Made by a program: the position numbers and the translations under genes. Below the pieces are notes generated by a model. That model was not told the DNA's origin. It saw only the letters and a program-made list of their open reading frames with translations, and searched no databases. A stretch of 63,581 bases of DNA, counting the filler, from Craspedostauros australis (taxonomy: Eukaryota): the NCBI GenBank assembly GCA_030167865.1. It is 8 parts of 8 records of this genome, joined end to end, with 100 filler letters (N's around TTAATTAATTAA, not from the genome) between each part and the next. Parts side by side here need not be neighbours in the genome. Positions count along the whole stretch, not along the records: positions 1 to 19,709 come from JALAGF010005415.1; positions 19,810 to 30,334 come from JALAGF010005417.1; 6 more parts are not named here. One strand, given 5' to 3'. Every line of letters starts with the position of its first letter. The stretch's first letter is position 1. Positions 11,075 through 22,718 of this stretch are shown here, piece after piece.

Positions 11075-12556
11075 ATGTTGACCAACAGCAATGAGATCCG
11101 TAACTACCTTACCAACGTCATGAGTTTTACCAAGGCCAACATCGGTGAGGCACTCAGTGCACAAGGACTCAACACCTTTGACGACCTTCTGATGTTCTCC
11201 GACAATGACTTAGAGAAGCTCTGCGATCGTATCCGTAAGGGAAGCAGCCTCGTCGCCAACCCAGGACAGACATCGGGCAATCGCTCTACCACTCCGGCGC
11301 AAATCAAGGATCCCGGAGTCACTATTGGATGGGTGCATGAACTGAAGCTCCGGAAGCTCTGCTATGTGCGCTTCCATTTCGATCGCATCCAACGCCCTTT
11401 CTCTGCTGCCGAAGCACCCATTGAGCGTCTCAACGCTCTCTGGTCCCTCTTTGAGGAAGAAGTCCGCGCGAAAGACTCACCTTCGATGGATTTGCCCGAT
11501 CCCCTCACTCGTTTGGACAACGTCCGCGAAACACTCGAGGACATCGCGAACTACCTCGAAAACACGCTCGGTGCAAGTGACACTCCCTTATCGTACATCA
11601 TCCGTGAAAATCCTCTCAAACCTGAAGACAGAATGCCAGCCGTCAACACTCCATTCGGCACCCTGTCCCTCAAAGAGGAGCTAATCGACCGAGCTGCCCA
11701 CGTAGGCCTCAAGCACAAGGCTGACAATGCGGCCATATGGCAGGTCATTCGCCACGTGACTCATGGTGGACCAGCATGGAATTGGGTGCAAGGCAATGAG
11801 CGATCCAGAGATGGACGCACTGCATACCTGACACTCCAAGAACACTACCGCAGTGACTCCTATCAAGTCCGAACCAAGGCAACCGCGACCGGCATCATCA
11901 ACAACACCTTCTACGATGGCAAGTCACGCAACTTCACATTCGAAACATACACCCAACGCTTGAACTCTGCCTTCGAAGACATGGCTGCATGTGGTGAACC
12001 GCTTGTCAAGGACGCCAAAGTCCGGCACCTGATGCATGGCATTCGTGTGCCACACCTGACCACCGCGTGTGACGCTATCATGCTCAACAAAAGCATCCGT
12101 ACCAGCTTCCCCGCCACCGTGAATGCACTCAGTGAAGTGATCAGCCGCAAACAGGCATCGACTCCCACGCGTCAAATCTCGTCCATGGGACGTAACAACA
12201 ACGGCGGCGGTCGAGGCGGTCATTACCGAGCCAACAAACCAGGACGTGGAGGCCAAGGACGAACCAAACAGTACAACCCCAACATGGTCATCACTGACCG
12301 TCACTATCTCCCTGAAGAGTGGGCAGTCATGTCGTCCGCTCAAAAGGCACGCGCATTGGAGTTGCGCGGCGCACGTGACAAACGCCGTGGTGTGATGTCT
12401 GTTGGCCGGGGCAACCCTCCCAAGCGTCCACGTGAGGACACGGACGGCCACTATGGGCCTCCAACTCCACCGAACCAGACCAACAGCACTGGTACCAATC
12501 AAACCGCCGGTATCGGTTCCATGATGTCTCGCTGCAACCAAAACAACCGTTCCTGA
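11075..12556 (+). CDS. gag: Gag protein of element A
   Basis: Uninterrupted 493-aa ORF directly after the 5' LTR and leader. Motifs PLSYIIR, DNAAIW, DGRTAYLTL, FYDGKSRNFTFETY, ITDRHYLPEEW are typical of diatom copia Gag. Confidence 0.85.
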   Translation: MLTNSNEIRNYLTNVMSFTKANIGEALSAQGLNTFDDLLMFSDNDLEKLCDRIRKGSSLVANPGQTSGNRSTTPAQIKDPGVTIGWVHELKLRKLCYVRFHFDRIQRPFSAAEAPIERLNALWSLFEEEVRAKDSPSMDLPDPLTRLDNVRETLEDIANYLENTLGASDTPLSYIIRENPLKPEDRMPAVNTPFGTLSLKEELIDRAAHVGLKHKADNAAIWQVIRHVTHGGPAWNWVQGNERSRDGRTAYLTLQEHYRSDSYQVRTKATATGIINNTFYDGKSRNFTFETYTQRLNSAFEDMAACGEPLVKDAKVRHLMHGIRVPHLTTACDAIMLNKSIRTSFPATVNALSEVISRKQASTPTRQISSMGRNNNGGGRGGHYRANKPGRGGQGRTKQYNPNMVITDRHYLPEEWAVMSSAQKARALELRGARDKRRGVMSVGRGNPPKRPREDTDGHYGPPTPPNQTNSTGTNQTAGIGSMMSRCNQNNRS

Positions 12557-15500
12557 TCGCAGCATGGAGGGAAACGACAGGTTACATCTGTCCATCTCTC
12601 TCTGTCATCTGACACGCCGCGAGCGGAGCTCGACTCACACGCCGACACATGTTGCTTCGGCGACACAGCGTATATTGTGCACACCACAAACCAGACTGTG
12701 ACTGCAACCCCCTTTCTTGACTCACTCGGGAACACCGACAACGTGCCAATCGTCACGGCAGCGATAGCATATGATGATCCCGTAACGTACCAAACAGTTG
12801 TTCTTTTCTTCCCACAATCGATCTACTTTCCTCGTCTTGAGCATCCGTTATTGTGCCCGAATCAGATGCGAGCCGCTGGTGTTGTTATTAATGATGTTCC
12901 ATTACTCATGATACATGAGGATGAACGGAAAGCGGAGGATCACTCAGTGATCTCCTCCCTTAACAACCTCCACATCCCGCTCCGACTACGCGGTACCATA
13001 TCGTACTTCCACACAAGAAAACTGACACGACAAGAAGTCCAGTCCAACCATTTTTGTATTCATGTCATGATGACACAGGAGTCCACCTGGGACCCAGCAC
13101 ACTGGTCGGCAGGGAATGACGAGGACGCCATCAGAACGACAGTCCCAACAACACCAACGTCCATGTCGCCAACAATCCTACGCGACATCAAGGCAGTCAG
13201 CGGAACGCAGTCCTCCAATCGAAGGGGGACAATCACGCCTGAAGCACTGGCACAACGCTGGCGCATTGGCGTTGATGCGGCTACACGAACGTTGCAGGCC
13301 ACGACGCACATGGCAATGTGTGATTTCCGCAATACAACAGGCACATGGCAACTCAACCCGTATGCCATGCAACTGCGCTATCGGCGCCTGAACACACAAG
13401 TGTACGCCGACACGATGCATGCGAAAACGAAGTCGATCCGTGGCAACAAATGTGCGATGATATATTGCACACCATTCCACTGGGTTCGTGTATATCTGAT
13501 GACGGAACGCAAGAACGCACACCTCACCCTTGACGAAATGTTTCGAGATCACGGCATTCCCCACACAATCATACCTGACGATTCGAAAGAACTCGTGGCC
13601 GGAGAGTTCCGTCGCAAACTGCACAAGGCGCAAGTGTCTATCCGTCCGATCGAGGCGTACATACACAATCAGAACCGTGCGGAGGCGACCATTCGTGAAC
13701 TACGTCGTCACTTTCGTCGCTTGATGACCTCCACTAACACGCCTGAATATCTATGGGATTACTACTTTGAATATTGTGCGGAGATCCGGAGCCATACAGC
13801 GCTGTCGGTATACGATCTACATGGAGAAACACCTGCCACCATCCTGTCAGGCGACACAGCCGACATCTCACACATTGCTGAATTTGCATGGTTTGACTTT
13901 GTCTGGTATATCAACATACAGGATACCTCCATGAACGTGAAACAACTTGGATGATACTTGGGGCCAAGCCGTTCTGTTGGCGAGGCCATGTGCTCGTACA
14001 TACTCACCGCCAACGGCGTTGTTGTCTCCAAATCCTCTGTTTTACCTCTCTCACACGATGACACGAACGACGATGTACTACAACAGAAGCAAACCGACTT
14101 CATGACCAAACTGAGCACCAAATGGAACAAACGCATGGAAGGCATGGAGCCAGACAACGATGGCGACGAAGTCAATGACACCGCTGCCGACATCGCATAC
14201 CTGCAGAACACCAAACCATTGGAATCCATCGTCGAACCCGAAGACGTCTCCAGCGAGGTGTATGATCGCTACATCACAGCCAAAGTCGTCCTGCCGACAG
14301 GGGACGAGATGCGATACGGCACTGCAAAATGAAGGAAACGAGATGCAGACGGCAACCTCATTGGCCATTCGCATGACAATCCGATGCTCGACACATCACG
14401 CTACGAGGTCGAATTCCTCGACGGGCATCAGGAAGAATTCAGTGCCAACCAAATCGCAGAGAACATCTACGCTCGTGTCGATGACGATGGCTATGAGACC
14501 GTCCTCATGGACGAAATCATTGACCACAAACACTTACCCTCTGTCTCTTTTGCTTCTCACAAAACCAAATCCACAAAAGGATGGAAAATATGCATACGAT
14601 GGAAAGACGGATCAACCTCATGGATACACTTGCGCGACGCGAAGGAGGCTGACCCTGTCCGTGTGGCTGAATATGCGGAGGCCAATCTCTTTGTCAACGA
14701 ACCGTCATTCAAGTGGTGGGTGCCACACACCCTCTGCAAGCAACAGCGCATCATCATGGCAACCAAACGGAGACAAGTGCGCAAACAAGAGATGTTCGGC
14801 GTTGCGCTACCGATCTCGGTGCGTCATGCGTGTTGGAAATCCGGGGTAACCCAGCCTTATTAGTTATATCTGGTTACCTATTCCTGTTGTTGTATTCTCA
14901 GAACTGTGAGCATAACATCTTCAGCTCTTCCAATTCCATTTGCCATAGCATGTATAATCCACAGTAACATCATGTCANNNNNNNNNNNNNNNNNNNNNNN
15001 NNNNNNNNNNNNNNNNNNNNNNNNNNNNTGTATTCATCGATCCTTTCATCAGGCATCTCCATCATGCATCTCATCATGCATATCATCATCTACATTCATG
15101 CGGTACGATTCCACAGTCATGCGTTTCTCTCTTGGTCTCCTGACACCAAACTTTACGATTGGTGTCATGATTGGTGTCATGGCTGATGCCCTTTCTGAAT
15201 TGTTCTAGTCCGCGTGTGGCACGTGTTTCGGTTCTCCAGATGGGGTGATCACAGACCTGCTGGTCATCGATGTTTCTCCTGTGACGTCGTTGTTTGGATC
15301 GTCGCGATGTCATGTTTGATGTTGGGACATCCTGTTTTTGCGTCGTCATGGTTTTTCTTGTTAGAGGAGGACAGGCTTGTTTTCTTGTCAAGACTGAGAT
15401 CAGTCACGTTCGTCTTGAGTCACGGGTGTGATGAATAGGACTCAAAGGTGTGATCAACAAGAGTTGACTTCAGTCGTGATTGATAATTTTGGGAGGTGCG

Positions 15501-17020
15501 GCAATCATGGGTATCTTGACAAAGTCGTACCCTCGATTCCTAACACATGCGTTGGCCATCGACGCAGAAACAGGCACTGACATGTGGTGCAAGGCAATCG
15601 AAAAAAAGATGAAAGCAGTGCGCCCTGCCTTCGACATCAAAGAGACTGACACCCCCAACCCAATCGGGCACCAGCCGACGTTCAGAATGCATACCTGAAT
15701 GCACCATGCAGAGAACGAATATACACACGATGCGGGCCCAAGTTCGGGTCCGATCAAGCCAAGATCGCCGTCATCTGTCGGGCCTTATATGGCCTGAAGT
15801 CCAGCGGAGCCGCTTGGCGAGCGCATCTGGCTGAGACACTACACGATTCGATGGGATATACATCCTGCCGCGCTGATAGCGACATCTGGATGAAGCCAGC
15901 TGTGGCAAGCGATGGGTCAGAGTAGTATGAATACGTGCTTGTGTATACAGACGACATCCTTGCGGTGTCGAAACAACCCCAGCGCATCCGAGATGCAATC
16001 GGCTCACACTTCTTCCTCAAACCGAGTTCCATCGGCCCTCCTACTACTTACCTTGGCTCCACTATTGCTCCATACCACATTGACTCTGATGCAACACGTC
16101 CCATATGGAGCATAGGATCATGAGCATACATACGAGCCGCCATCAAGATCGTAATGAAATGGCTCACCGACTGGCAAGGGCGCCAAAAGACAAGGGCACC
16201 CAGCGTGATACCGAACGGATACCGACCCGAATTGGATGCAACACCGTTGTGCAATGCAGAGGAGATGACATTCTACCAGCAGCTGATTGGGATCCTGCGC
16301 TGGACTGTTGAACTGGGTTGAATCGACATCTGCTGTGAAACATCCATGATGTCCTCATATTGTGCTGCGCCACGCACGGGCCACATGCGAACGCTCTTCC
16401 ACATGTTTGCCTATTTGAACTCACACGATCGTTCTCGTCTTGTCTTTGATGATGCATACGTTGACAAACCTGCTGTGATACAACCGGAGTGGGGCGACTT
16501 CTATGCCAACACCCACGAACAGATACCGAAGGACATGCCACCACGTGGAAAGGAGGTCCAGATGACTTGCTTCGTTGATGCTGACCATGCTGGCGACCAG
16601 GTGACGTGACGATCGCGCACTGGAGTCCTACTGTACCTGAACTCATCGCCCATCCTATGGCACAGCAAGAAACAAAACAGCATCGAGACATCCACGTTCG
16701 GCAGCGAGTTCACTGCGCTCAAGGTAGCGACGGAGATCGTCATCGGCATGCGATACAAACTGCGTATGATGGGCGTCCCTATAGACGGCCCCACCGACAT
16801 GCGCGTCGACAACCAAAGCGTCGTATACAACGCCTCACTCCCCGCATCACAGCTACGAAAGAAAGCCAACGCCAATGCATATCATTTCGTCCGAGAAAGC
16901 ATCGCGGCGGGTGTGATGACTGTCTCATACAAGCCATCAGAAACCAATCTCGCCGACATGCTCACAAAGCCACAATCGGGACCAAGACGAACCCTTCAGG
17001 CACAATGTGTTTTATTCTAA
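12557..17020 (+). pseudogene. pol: pol pseudogene (protease, integrase, chromo-like segment, RT, RNase H) of element A
   Basis: Same frame as gag after the TGA. Protease ELDSHADTCCFG about 12625; integrase YADTM..IPDDSKE..NQNRAEATIRE; RT ADVQNAYL, RALYGLKSSG, YTDD at 15944-15955; RNase H FVDADHAGD, STFGSEF, DNQSV, NLADMLTK. Stops at 13952, 14330, 15923, 16319, 16607, among others. Confidence 0.93.
14831..15545 (-). mobile_element. Solo LTR of a second copia family nested in element A pol
   Basis: Termini TGTTGGAA...TTCCTAACA, CATGCG duplicated on both sides (14825-14830, 15546-15551), and removal restores RHALAID in frame. Its minus-strand start matches the LTR start at 53728. Confidence 0.9.
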
Positions 17021-17191
17021 CATACAGACTGCGCGGCAGTACCCATGGATGGTCCGCCACGGATCCAATCCGTGGTGGATGGGATGAGCGCCCTGTGGTG
17101 CCCACGCATGGGGCATGCACCAGGTACATGCCATGTGAAGCGAAAATGTGACGATCCGACAGTCAGCAAAGCCACAGCGACTCGAGGGGAC

Positions 17192-17365
17192 CAAACAGGG
17201 ATACGTGTGAAACGGTTAAAACGGGGTTAACATGCGAACACGGGCATCGCCCAACCACGGGAGAACAGTGCACTCTCTGACGATCCTACACGACCCTAAA
17301 ACCCTTATAATCTGAATCCTTTGGGTTTGCAACCCTCAATGACAATGCATGTGTGTGTTAACTTG
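17192..17365 (+). repeat. 3' LTR of element A
   Basis: Follows the PPT; lacks the initial TGT present in the 5' LTR. Confidence 0.9.
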
Positions 17366-17725
17366 CGAGAACACGAACCAAAAAGGCAAACACAACACCA
17401 CGGTTCTGGAGATCCGCTGCCAACAGAGCGGCGACGATGGCGATCTCCGCGATGCCAGTCGCGAAGCTCAATGTCGAACACTCCAGAGATAGAGAGAGAT
17501 AGAGCTGGTCGCCATTTGGATGCATCGTCCGTTATTTGCATACAGGCAACGACATCGGTGCCACGACGCAGCTCAGAGAGGACATTGCTGAAATGAGGAT
17601 CTCCGTGTCATCGCAAAACTGGATCAAGGAGTTTTGCGACGAGAGACGATCGACGGCTGATTGCAATTCGCAGCAACGAACACATCACCGCAGTGAGCAG
17701 TGCATCCAATCGCGCTGGGCCAATC

Positions 17726-17897
17726 ATGAAGGGCAACAATGGAAAGGCAGCGCGGCGCAAGCTCGTGCGTCGGCTGGTGGTCATCGTTGCATTCTTCGCA
17801 ATCCTGATAATGTTGTTGAAGGCGCTGGGGATTGGGCGGCGATCTTCGTCCGGTCAGAATCTGCGCAAGCCACGCCCTGCTCATCACAGCGGTGGAT
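17726..17897 (+). pseudogene. 5' fragment of a probable type II membrane protein gene, interrupted by an LTR
   Basis: MKGNNGKAARRKLVRR (basic) + LVVIVAFFAILIMLLKALGI (TM) + polar stem, ending exactly at the TG of the LTR at 17898. Confidence 0.45.
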
Positions 17898-18766
17898 TGT
17901 TGGCAAGTTCCGCTCACGGTAACCTACGATCGTGGAAGATGGTGTTGGTTGATAGTCGTCTGTTTGCTATTTCATTACTTGGCTACTCCGATCCTCTCGG
18001 TGTACGCCCGTTCTCTTGCCCGATGCTCTTGGTGCTTCAATCTGTTTCGTAGATTCGGGCTCCGACTAGGAGTCGGTACGCGAGATGCTCTCTCGCTCTT
18101 CTCTCTTTACTCTCTCTCTCTCAACATCGTGTACTTGCGCTACACGATACCTCGTGTTCGATGCGTACTCCGCATTCGACACTTCGTTCATTCAGTACTG
18201 GCTCCTACTCCATGAGTACTCGCCATTTGAAGTTCACCTTCTGTATCCATGATGCTGATTCTCTTCGGTCATCGGATCTTCGCCTCCTGCTCTGACTTGG
18301 AGACAGATGTCGACGTGGTGACATGATGACATCCTGTCGACGTCAGTAAGTGTCCTTCTGCTCTCCAGATGTCACGTTCCATTGGTGATGCAGGAGTTTG
18401 TCAGATGATATCGTCATCTGAGGTTTAGTTGGGAAGTACCTCGAGATTCTCTTGGTACCATTGATGGATGGACGGACGATCTTTCAATTCTCTCAGAAAT
18501 CGTCGATTGCAAATTTCCTCCAGAAATCTTGCTCTTTTTCGTGTGTTCCATTTCTGCTGTAATTCTGACGAATCACAGCATACTATCGACACGAGTGTAG
18601 TTATACCGTCCAAGTGCGTATGAGAGAATANNNNNNNNNNNNNNNNNNNNNNNNNNNNNNNNNNNNNNNNNNNNNNNNNNCGTCCAAGTGCGTATGAGAG
18701 AATAGCGGGTGAACGATGCACATATACGCGTACATCTTGACATATACTCACATGTACATCTCGACA
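17898..18766 (-). repeat. 3' LTR of copia element B (LTR family B, copy 1)
   Basis: Minus strand reads PPT GGAAGGG (18767-18773) then TGTCGAGA...TTGCCAACA. Near-identical sequence occurs at 29830-30334 and 53448-53529. Confidence 0.9.
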
Positions 18767-18786
18767 CCCTTCCTGTGTGCATTCGG

Positions 18787-19709
18787 TCACTCGAATGTTC
18801 TCGATTTATCAAGGTACGACTTCTCATGTTCACGTTGCAAGTCGGCCTTGATGTTCTTGGTGAATCCGTTGCTTGTGTTCTGCTCGGATTTGNNNNNNNN
18901 NNNNNNNNNNNNNNNNNNNNNNNNNNNNNNNNNNNNNNNNNNNNNNNNNNNNNNNNNNNNNNNNNNNNNNNNNNNNNNNNNNNNNNNNNNNNNNNNNNNN
19001 NNNNNNNNNNNNNNNNNNNNNNNNNNNNNNNNNNNNNNNNNNNNNNNNNNNNNNNNNNNNNNNNNNNNNNNNNNNNNNNNNNNNNNNNNNNNNNNNNNNN
19101 NNNNNNNNNNNNNNNNNNNNNAAGGGCAACGTATTCTGCTTCGGATGAGCTGAGTGTGACGGCCTTCTGTGTCTTGGATCGCCAAAGGATTGGTACCTTG
19201 CACAGATATAGGATGAACCCTCCTACGCTGATTCTCGTGTTCTTGTCCCCTGCATGTTCGCTATCGCAGAAGAGCTCCATATCCCAGCCGTCGTCGTCTG
19301 GACGTGCTGGATGGATCTTCAATCCATAGTCCTTTGTATCNNNNNNNNNNNNNNNNNNNNNNNNNNNNNNNNNNNNNNNNNNNNNNNNNNNNNNNNNNNN
19401 NNNNNNNNNNNNNNNNNNNNNNNNNNNNNNNNNNNNNNNNNNNNNNNNNNNNNNNNNNNNNNNNNNNNNNNNNNNNNNNNNNNNNNNNNNNNNNNNNNNN
19501 NNNNNNNNNNNNNNNNNNAGTCCGTTATCTTCGGATGGTCGTACGATGATTTGACCCGGGGTTCCCAGTGTCGCGTAGCGTTGCATCTTCTCAACCTTGG
19601 TTCCGAACTCTTCGATGAGGTGTCAGATGAGATGTGGTTGACGCAATGTCGCTCTAGTCTTGTCATGGTTCAGTTCGATGTTGCAGCTGAGGTAGTCTCC
19701 GAGTCCGCG
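18787..19709 (-). pseudogene. pol: RT C-terminus / RNase H of copia element B (partial, gapped)
   Basis: LGDYLSCNIE..LRQPHLI*, FCDSEHAGDKNTRISVGG, WRSKTQKAVTLSSSEAEYVAL, NTSNGFTKN, stop at 18787 just before the PPT. Confidence 0.9.
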
Positions 19710-19753
19710 NNNNNNNNNNNNNNNNNNNNNNNNNNNNNNNNNNNNNNNNNNNN

Positions 19754-19765
19754 TTAATTAATTAA
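19754..19765. other. Artificial contig spacer TTAATTAATTAA (also at 30379, 51420, 53392, 55639, 59470, 61924)
   Basis: Identical 12-mer with stops in all six frames, flanked by N runs seven times. Confidence 0.97.
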
Positions 19766-19809
19766 NNNNNNNNNNNNNNNNNNNNNNNNNNNNNNNNNNN
19801 NNNNNNNNN

Positions 19810-22442
19810 GATACGCCTCTCTGCGGCGTTCTGGTGCTGGTGCTCCGGCTCGCTCTGATGATCAGCGATGGAGTACTGTCGGAGGATGTCTTGGACCTTG
19901 AATCCGATCTCGGATTTCGCGTTATCGGACATCAGGAGGTCAGGAGCTCCATGACACCGGATGAAGTCTTGGAGAGTGGAAGCGACTTGCTTCTCCGATG
20001 TCATGGGGAATCCTGCGGTGAAGCGAGAATCCACGGCCACGTATACTTGCATCATCGTGCTGCCACCATGGCCTGGCACACCATCGTCGTGTGCAGGTGT
20101 GTCAGAGAACAACGTGTCCATGGCAACAGTCTTGTGGAGTCTGTCCACGTTCGCGGCAGGGAATCTGGTCTTGAAGTGCTTCCTCATGGTGAACCGCTCG
20201 GAGGTGCGGTACCATTGGGATGTGCACTTGAGAGTGTCTTGGACTCTTCTGGCCGAGATCCATCCAAAGTACGGACGGAGGGCCTCATAGTCGATCTTTG
20301 GCTTCACGCGAGTGATAGCGCCCTGCTGTGAGGCACCGGTCTCACTGGTGAACACTTCGATGGAGTCCGGTGAGTGGACGCCGTCGTCTGGGGCACCATC
20401 GGAGGTCTCGTCCAGCAAAGTGAACTCGTGGTCGAGAGTGGATGGGTCCCACTCTTCGTCGGCAGTGAAATCCACGTGAGGGTACGTGTCAATCTCCTTG
20501 CGTGTGAGAGGTCTCATGTCCATGTAGGACAGGTCCTGTCGGATGGAGAGAGGGATCACATGCCCATCAGGCACGATGATTGTCTGTCTCCCTCCAGGGA
20601 GTTCGCGAGGACGCTCGTTGACATCGAGACCGAATGCACCGAGCTGATTCGTCGAGTGAATCGTCTTGCCCTTGCCATAGAGGGCGTATTGGTGAAACTT
20701 CGCAATGATAGGTCCCTCGGTGGACATGACGAGTCCAGCGACCGTTCCAATGTCCAGGTTGACGATTGCGGTGTCTCCAATTCCGCTGATGTCGGTGGTA
20801 TGGTTGGTACGGCTGATGATAGTCACATCATCGCCTGCCAATCCTCCATTCGCACCGCTGTCGATCAGGGAACCGGCCTTCGCAACATCGGTCTTGTTGA
20901 AGCTGTATTGCAGGACTATGGCCTGAACAGCATGGTAGATCTTGCCCTGGATGGCGACTTCGTCGGAAGTGTTGGTGTTGGTCGTGGCATTGGCCAACAT
21001 GCGCTTGATGGCATCGCCGGGGAGTTCGTCAGAACCGGCGCTGCCTGAGGTTGAGGTGGACTTGGTCTGCCCACCACCCCCATTGCCAGTGGCGGATGTC
21101 TTGTTGGCCTGTCTGTTCGATGCATCCCTGGTGTACTTGGGGTCCCAAGTACCCTTGGACTGCATGTGAGCCTTCTTCTGATCCCAGGTCATTTGCTTCC
21201 ATTCGTTGTCTGGGATTCGCTTGTTCGTGTTCTTGTTCTTGGATTGGTTGGTCTTGTTCTCGTTGTTACTTGCTTCCTTGTTTGTGTTATTGACTCTGCG
21301 CTTGGCCTTGTTGCGTGGGATGCGCAGGTCATTGCGCTGTGCGGATCTGCGCACAACACCAAGGAAGGCATCGAAGTCCAACCTGAAGTTGGTCTTTCCT
21401 GTCGCNNNNNNNNNNNNNNNNNNNNNNNNNNNNNNNNNNNNNNNNNNNNNNNNNNCGCCAAGTTGCTCTGGAGAGCATCGGCGTCGTCAAGGGAACGGAA
21501 GAGGTCAGCATCAGGGGTGATGGCCTCCTTGAGCCACTGAAGCTTCCAGTCCTCAGAGACAGGTGCATCCTGGATCTCTTCGAGGTCGTTGATCTTGCTG
21601 AGCCAGCTGTTCACGAAGGCTTCGCGGCTGCTGTTCCACGAGTGGTTCATCTTGAGGTTCCGGATCTCCTCTTGGATCAGCTGAGCCTTGTTGGCTGCAG
21701 CTACTCCGGTTGCATACTCTTCACGGAGCATGGTATACACCCCATGACCGTTCTCGTCATCGGCGTATGCCTGGAGACAGTTGCGNNNNNNNNNNNNNNN
21801 NNNNNNNNNNNNNNNNNNNNNNNNNNNNNNNNNNNNNNNNNNNNNNNNNNNNNNNNNNNNNTCTTGGGTCGGGAGGTACTCGGGGTCTACGACGTTCTTC
21901 ACACCGTGCGCTGCAGCGGTGGCTCGGAGACGTCGGTCGAAGACCATGAACTGGTCATCACTCTTCAGGATCGGATAGTCGCTGAGGTTTCGCTTGATGC
22001 CCTTGTCGAAGGCAGCGGCTCCATCAGAGACAGGTTCAGTAGGTGGTGGTGGTGTCACCATGGATGACATGGTGGGTTCGGGTGTCGGTGTGGAGGCTTC
22101 CACGCGTTTCTTGAGTTCAGCTCTCATGAAGCTCTGGAGCCTCGCAGCATTCAGGTCAAGCCAGACGGAGTCGTCGTCGTCAGCTTGCGCGTCATACCAC
22201 ATTGGGAGTGCGAGGATCTTGCGAATGTGCAACGCAGTCAATCGACATGAGTATGGGTCTCCCGAGGTGGGAGTGATGTCGCGATGAAGACCGTCGAGGT
22301 CTTCCTTGGTGAGGAAGGTGAGGTCGTCAACATTCTCCACCGCTGCGTCGATGATAACGCGGCGATGGTCGGAGTCGTCGGAGATACCCACGGCCTTGAG
22401 GACGTGGTTCAGGATGGTGATGGGTTCGGTGGGTTCTGTCAT
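19810..22442 (-). CDS. gag-pol: Gag-protease-integrase polyprotein of copia element D (3' truncated by contig end, gapped)
   Basis: ATG 22442. Gag FDKGIKRNLSDYPILK..ATAAAHGVKNVVDPEY; protease LIDSGANGG; integrase MDTLFSD..LMSDNAKSE..SEPEHQHQNAAERRI. Frame changes occur only across N gaps. Confidence 0.9.
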
Positions 22443-22444
22443 CT

Positions 22445-22612
22445 TGTTCGGTTCGGTTCGTCACGGAGAAGCGGATACGCTGTGCTCGGTGTGTTCGTTT
22501 GCGATGCCTTTGGTGGCTCTTGCTGTTGTTCGGTTCGGTACGGAGAAGCGGATACGCTGTGCTCGGTGTGTTCATGTGCGCTGCCTTAGAAGGCTCTTGT
22601 TCTTGTTCGGTT
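22445..22612 (-). repeat. 77-bp tandem repeat (about 2.2 copies) in the leader of element D
   Basis: acggagaagcggatacgctgtgctcggtgtgttc occurs at 22463 and 22540, with a partial third copy. Confidence 0.85.
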
Positions 22613-22690
22613 CTTGCTTCACGTCGTCACGTGATGCAATCGGTTCGGTGCTGATGGGATCAGCTCGGTGGGTTGGAGGGGGGTTCACTC

Positions 22691-22718
22691 AGTCAGGTCA
22701 GGACGTAGTGCTTGCGAC
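22691..22718 (-). promoter_or_regulatory. Putative primer-binding site of element D (complementary to an internal tRNA segment)
   Basis: Immediately follows the minus-strand LTR end AGATTAACA. The plus strand reads AGTCAGGTCAGGAC-G-TAGTG-CT-TGC-GA-C, resembling tRNA positions about 14-39. Confidence 0.6.

Larger units (their letters stand above)
10429..17365 (+). mobile_element. Full-length, decayed Ty1/copia LTR retrotransposon of diatom (CoDi-like) type, element A
   Basis: Direct repeats 10432-10605 and 17192-17365 (174 bp, 8 mismatches), PPT gagggga at 17184-17190, domain order gag-PR-INT-RT-RH, multiple stops, one deletion and one nested insertion. Confidence 0.95.
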
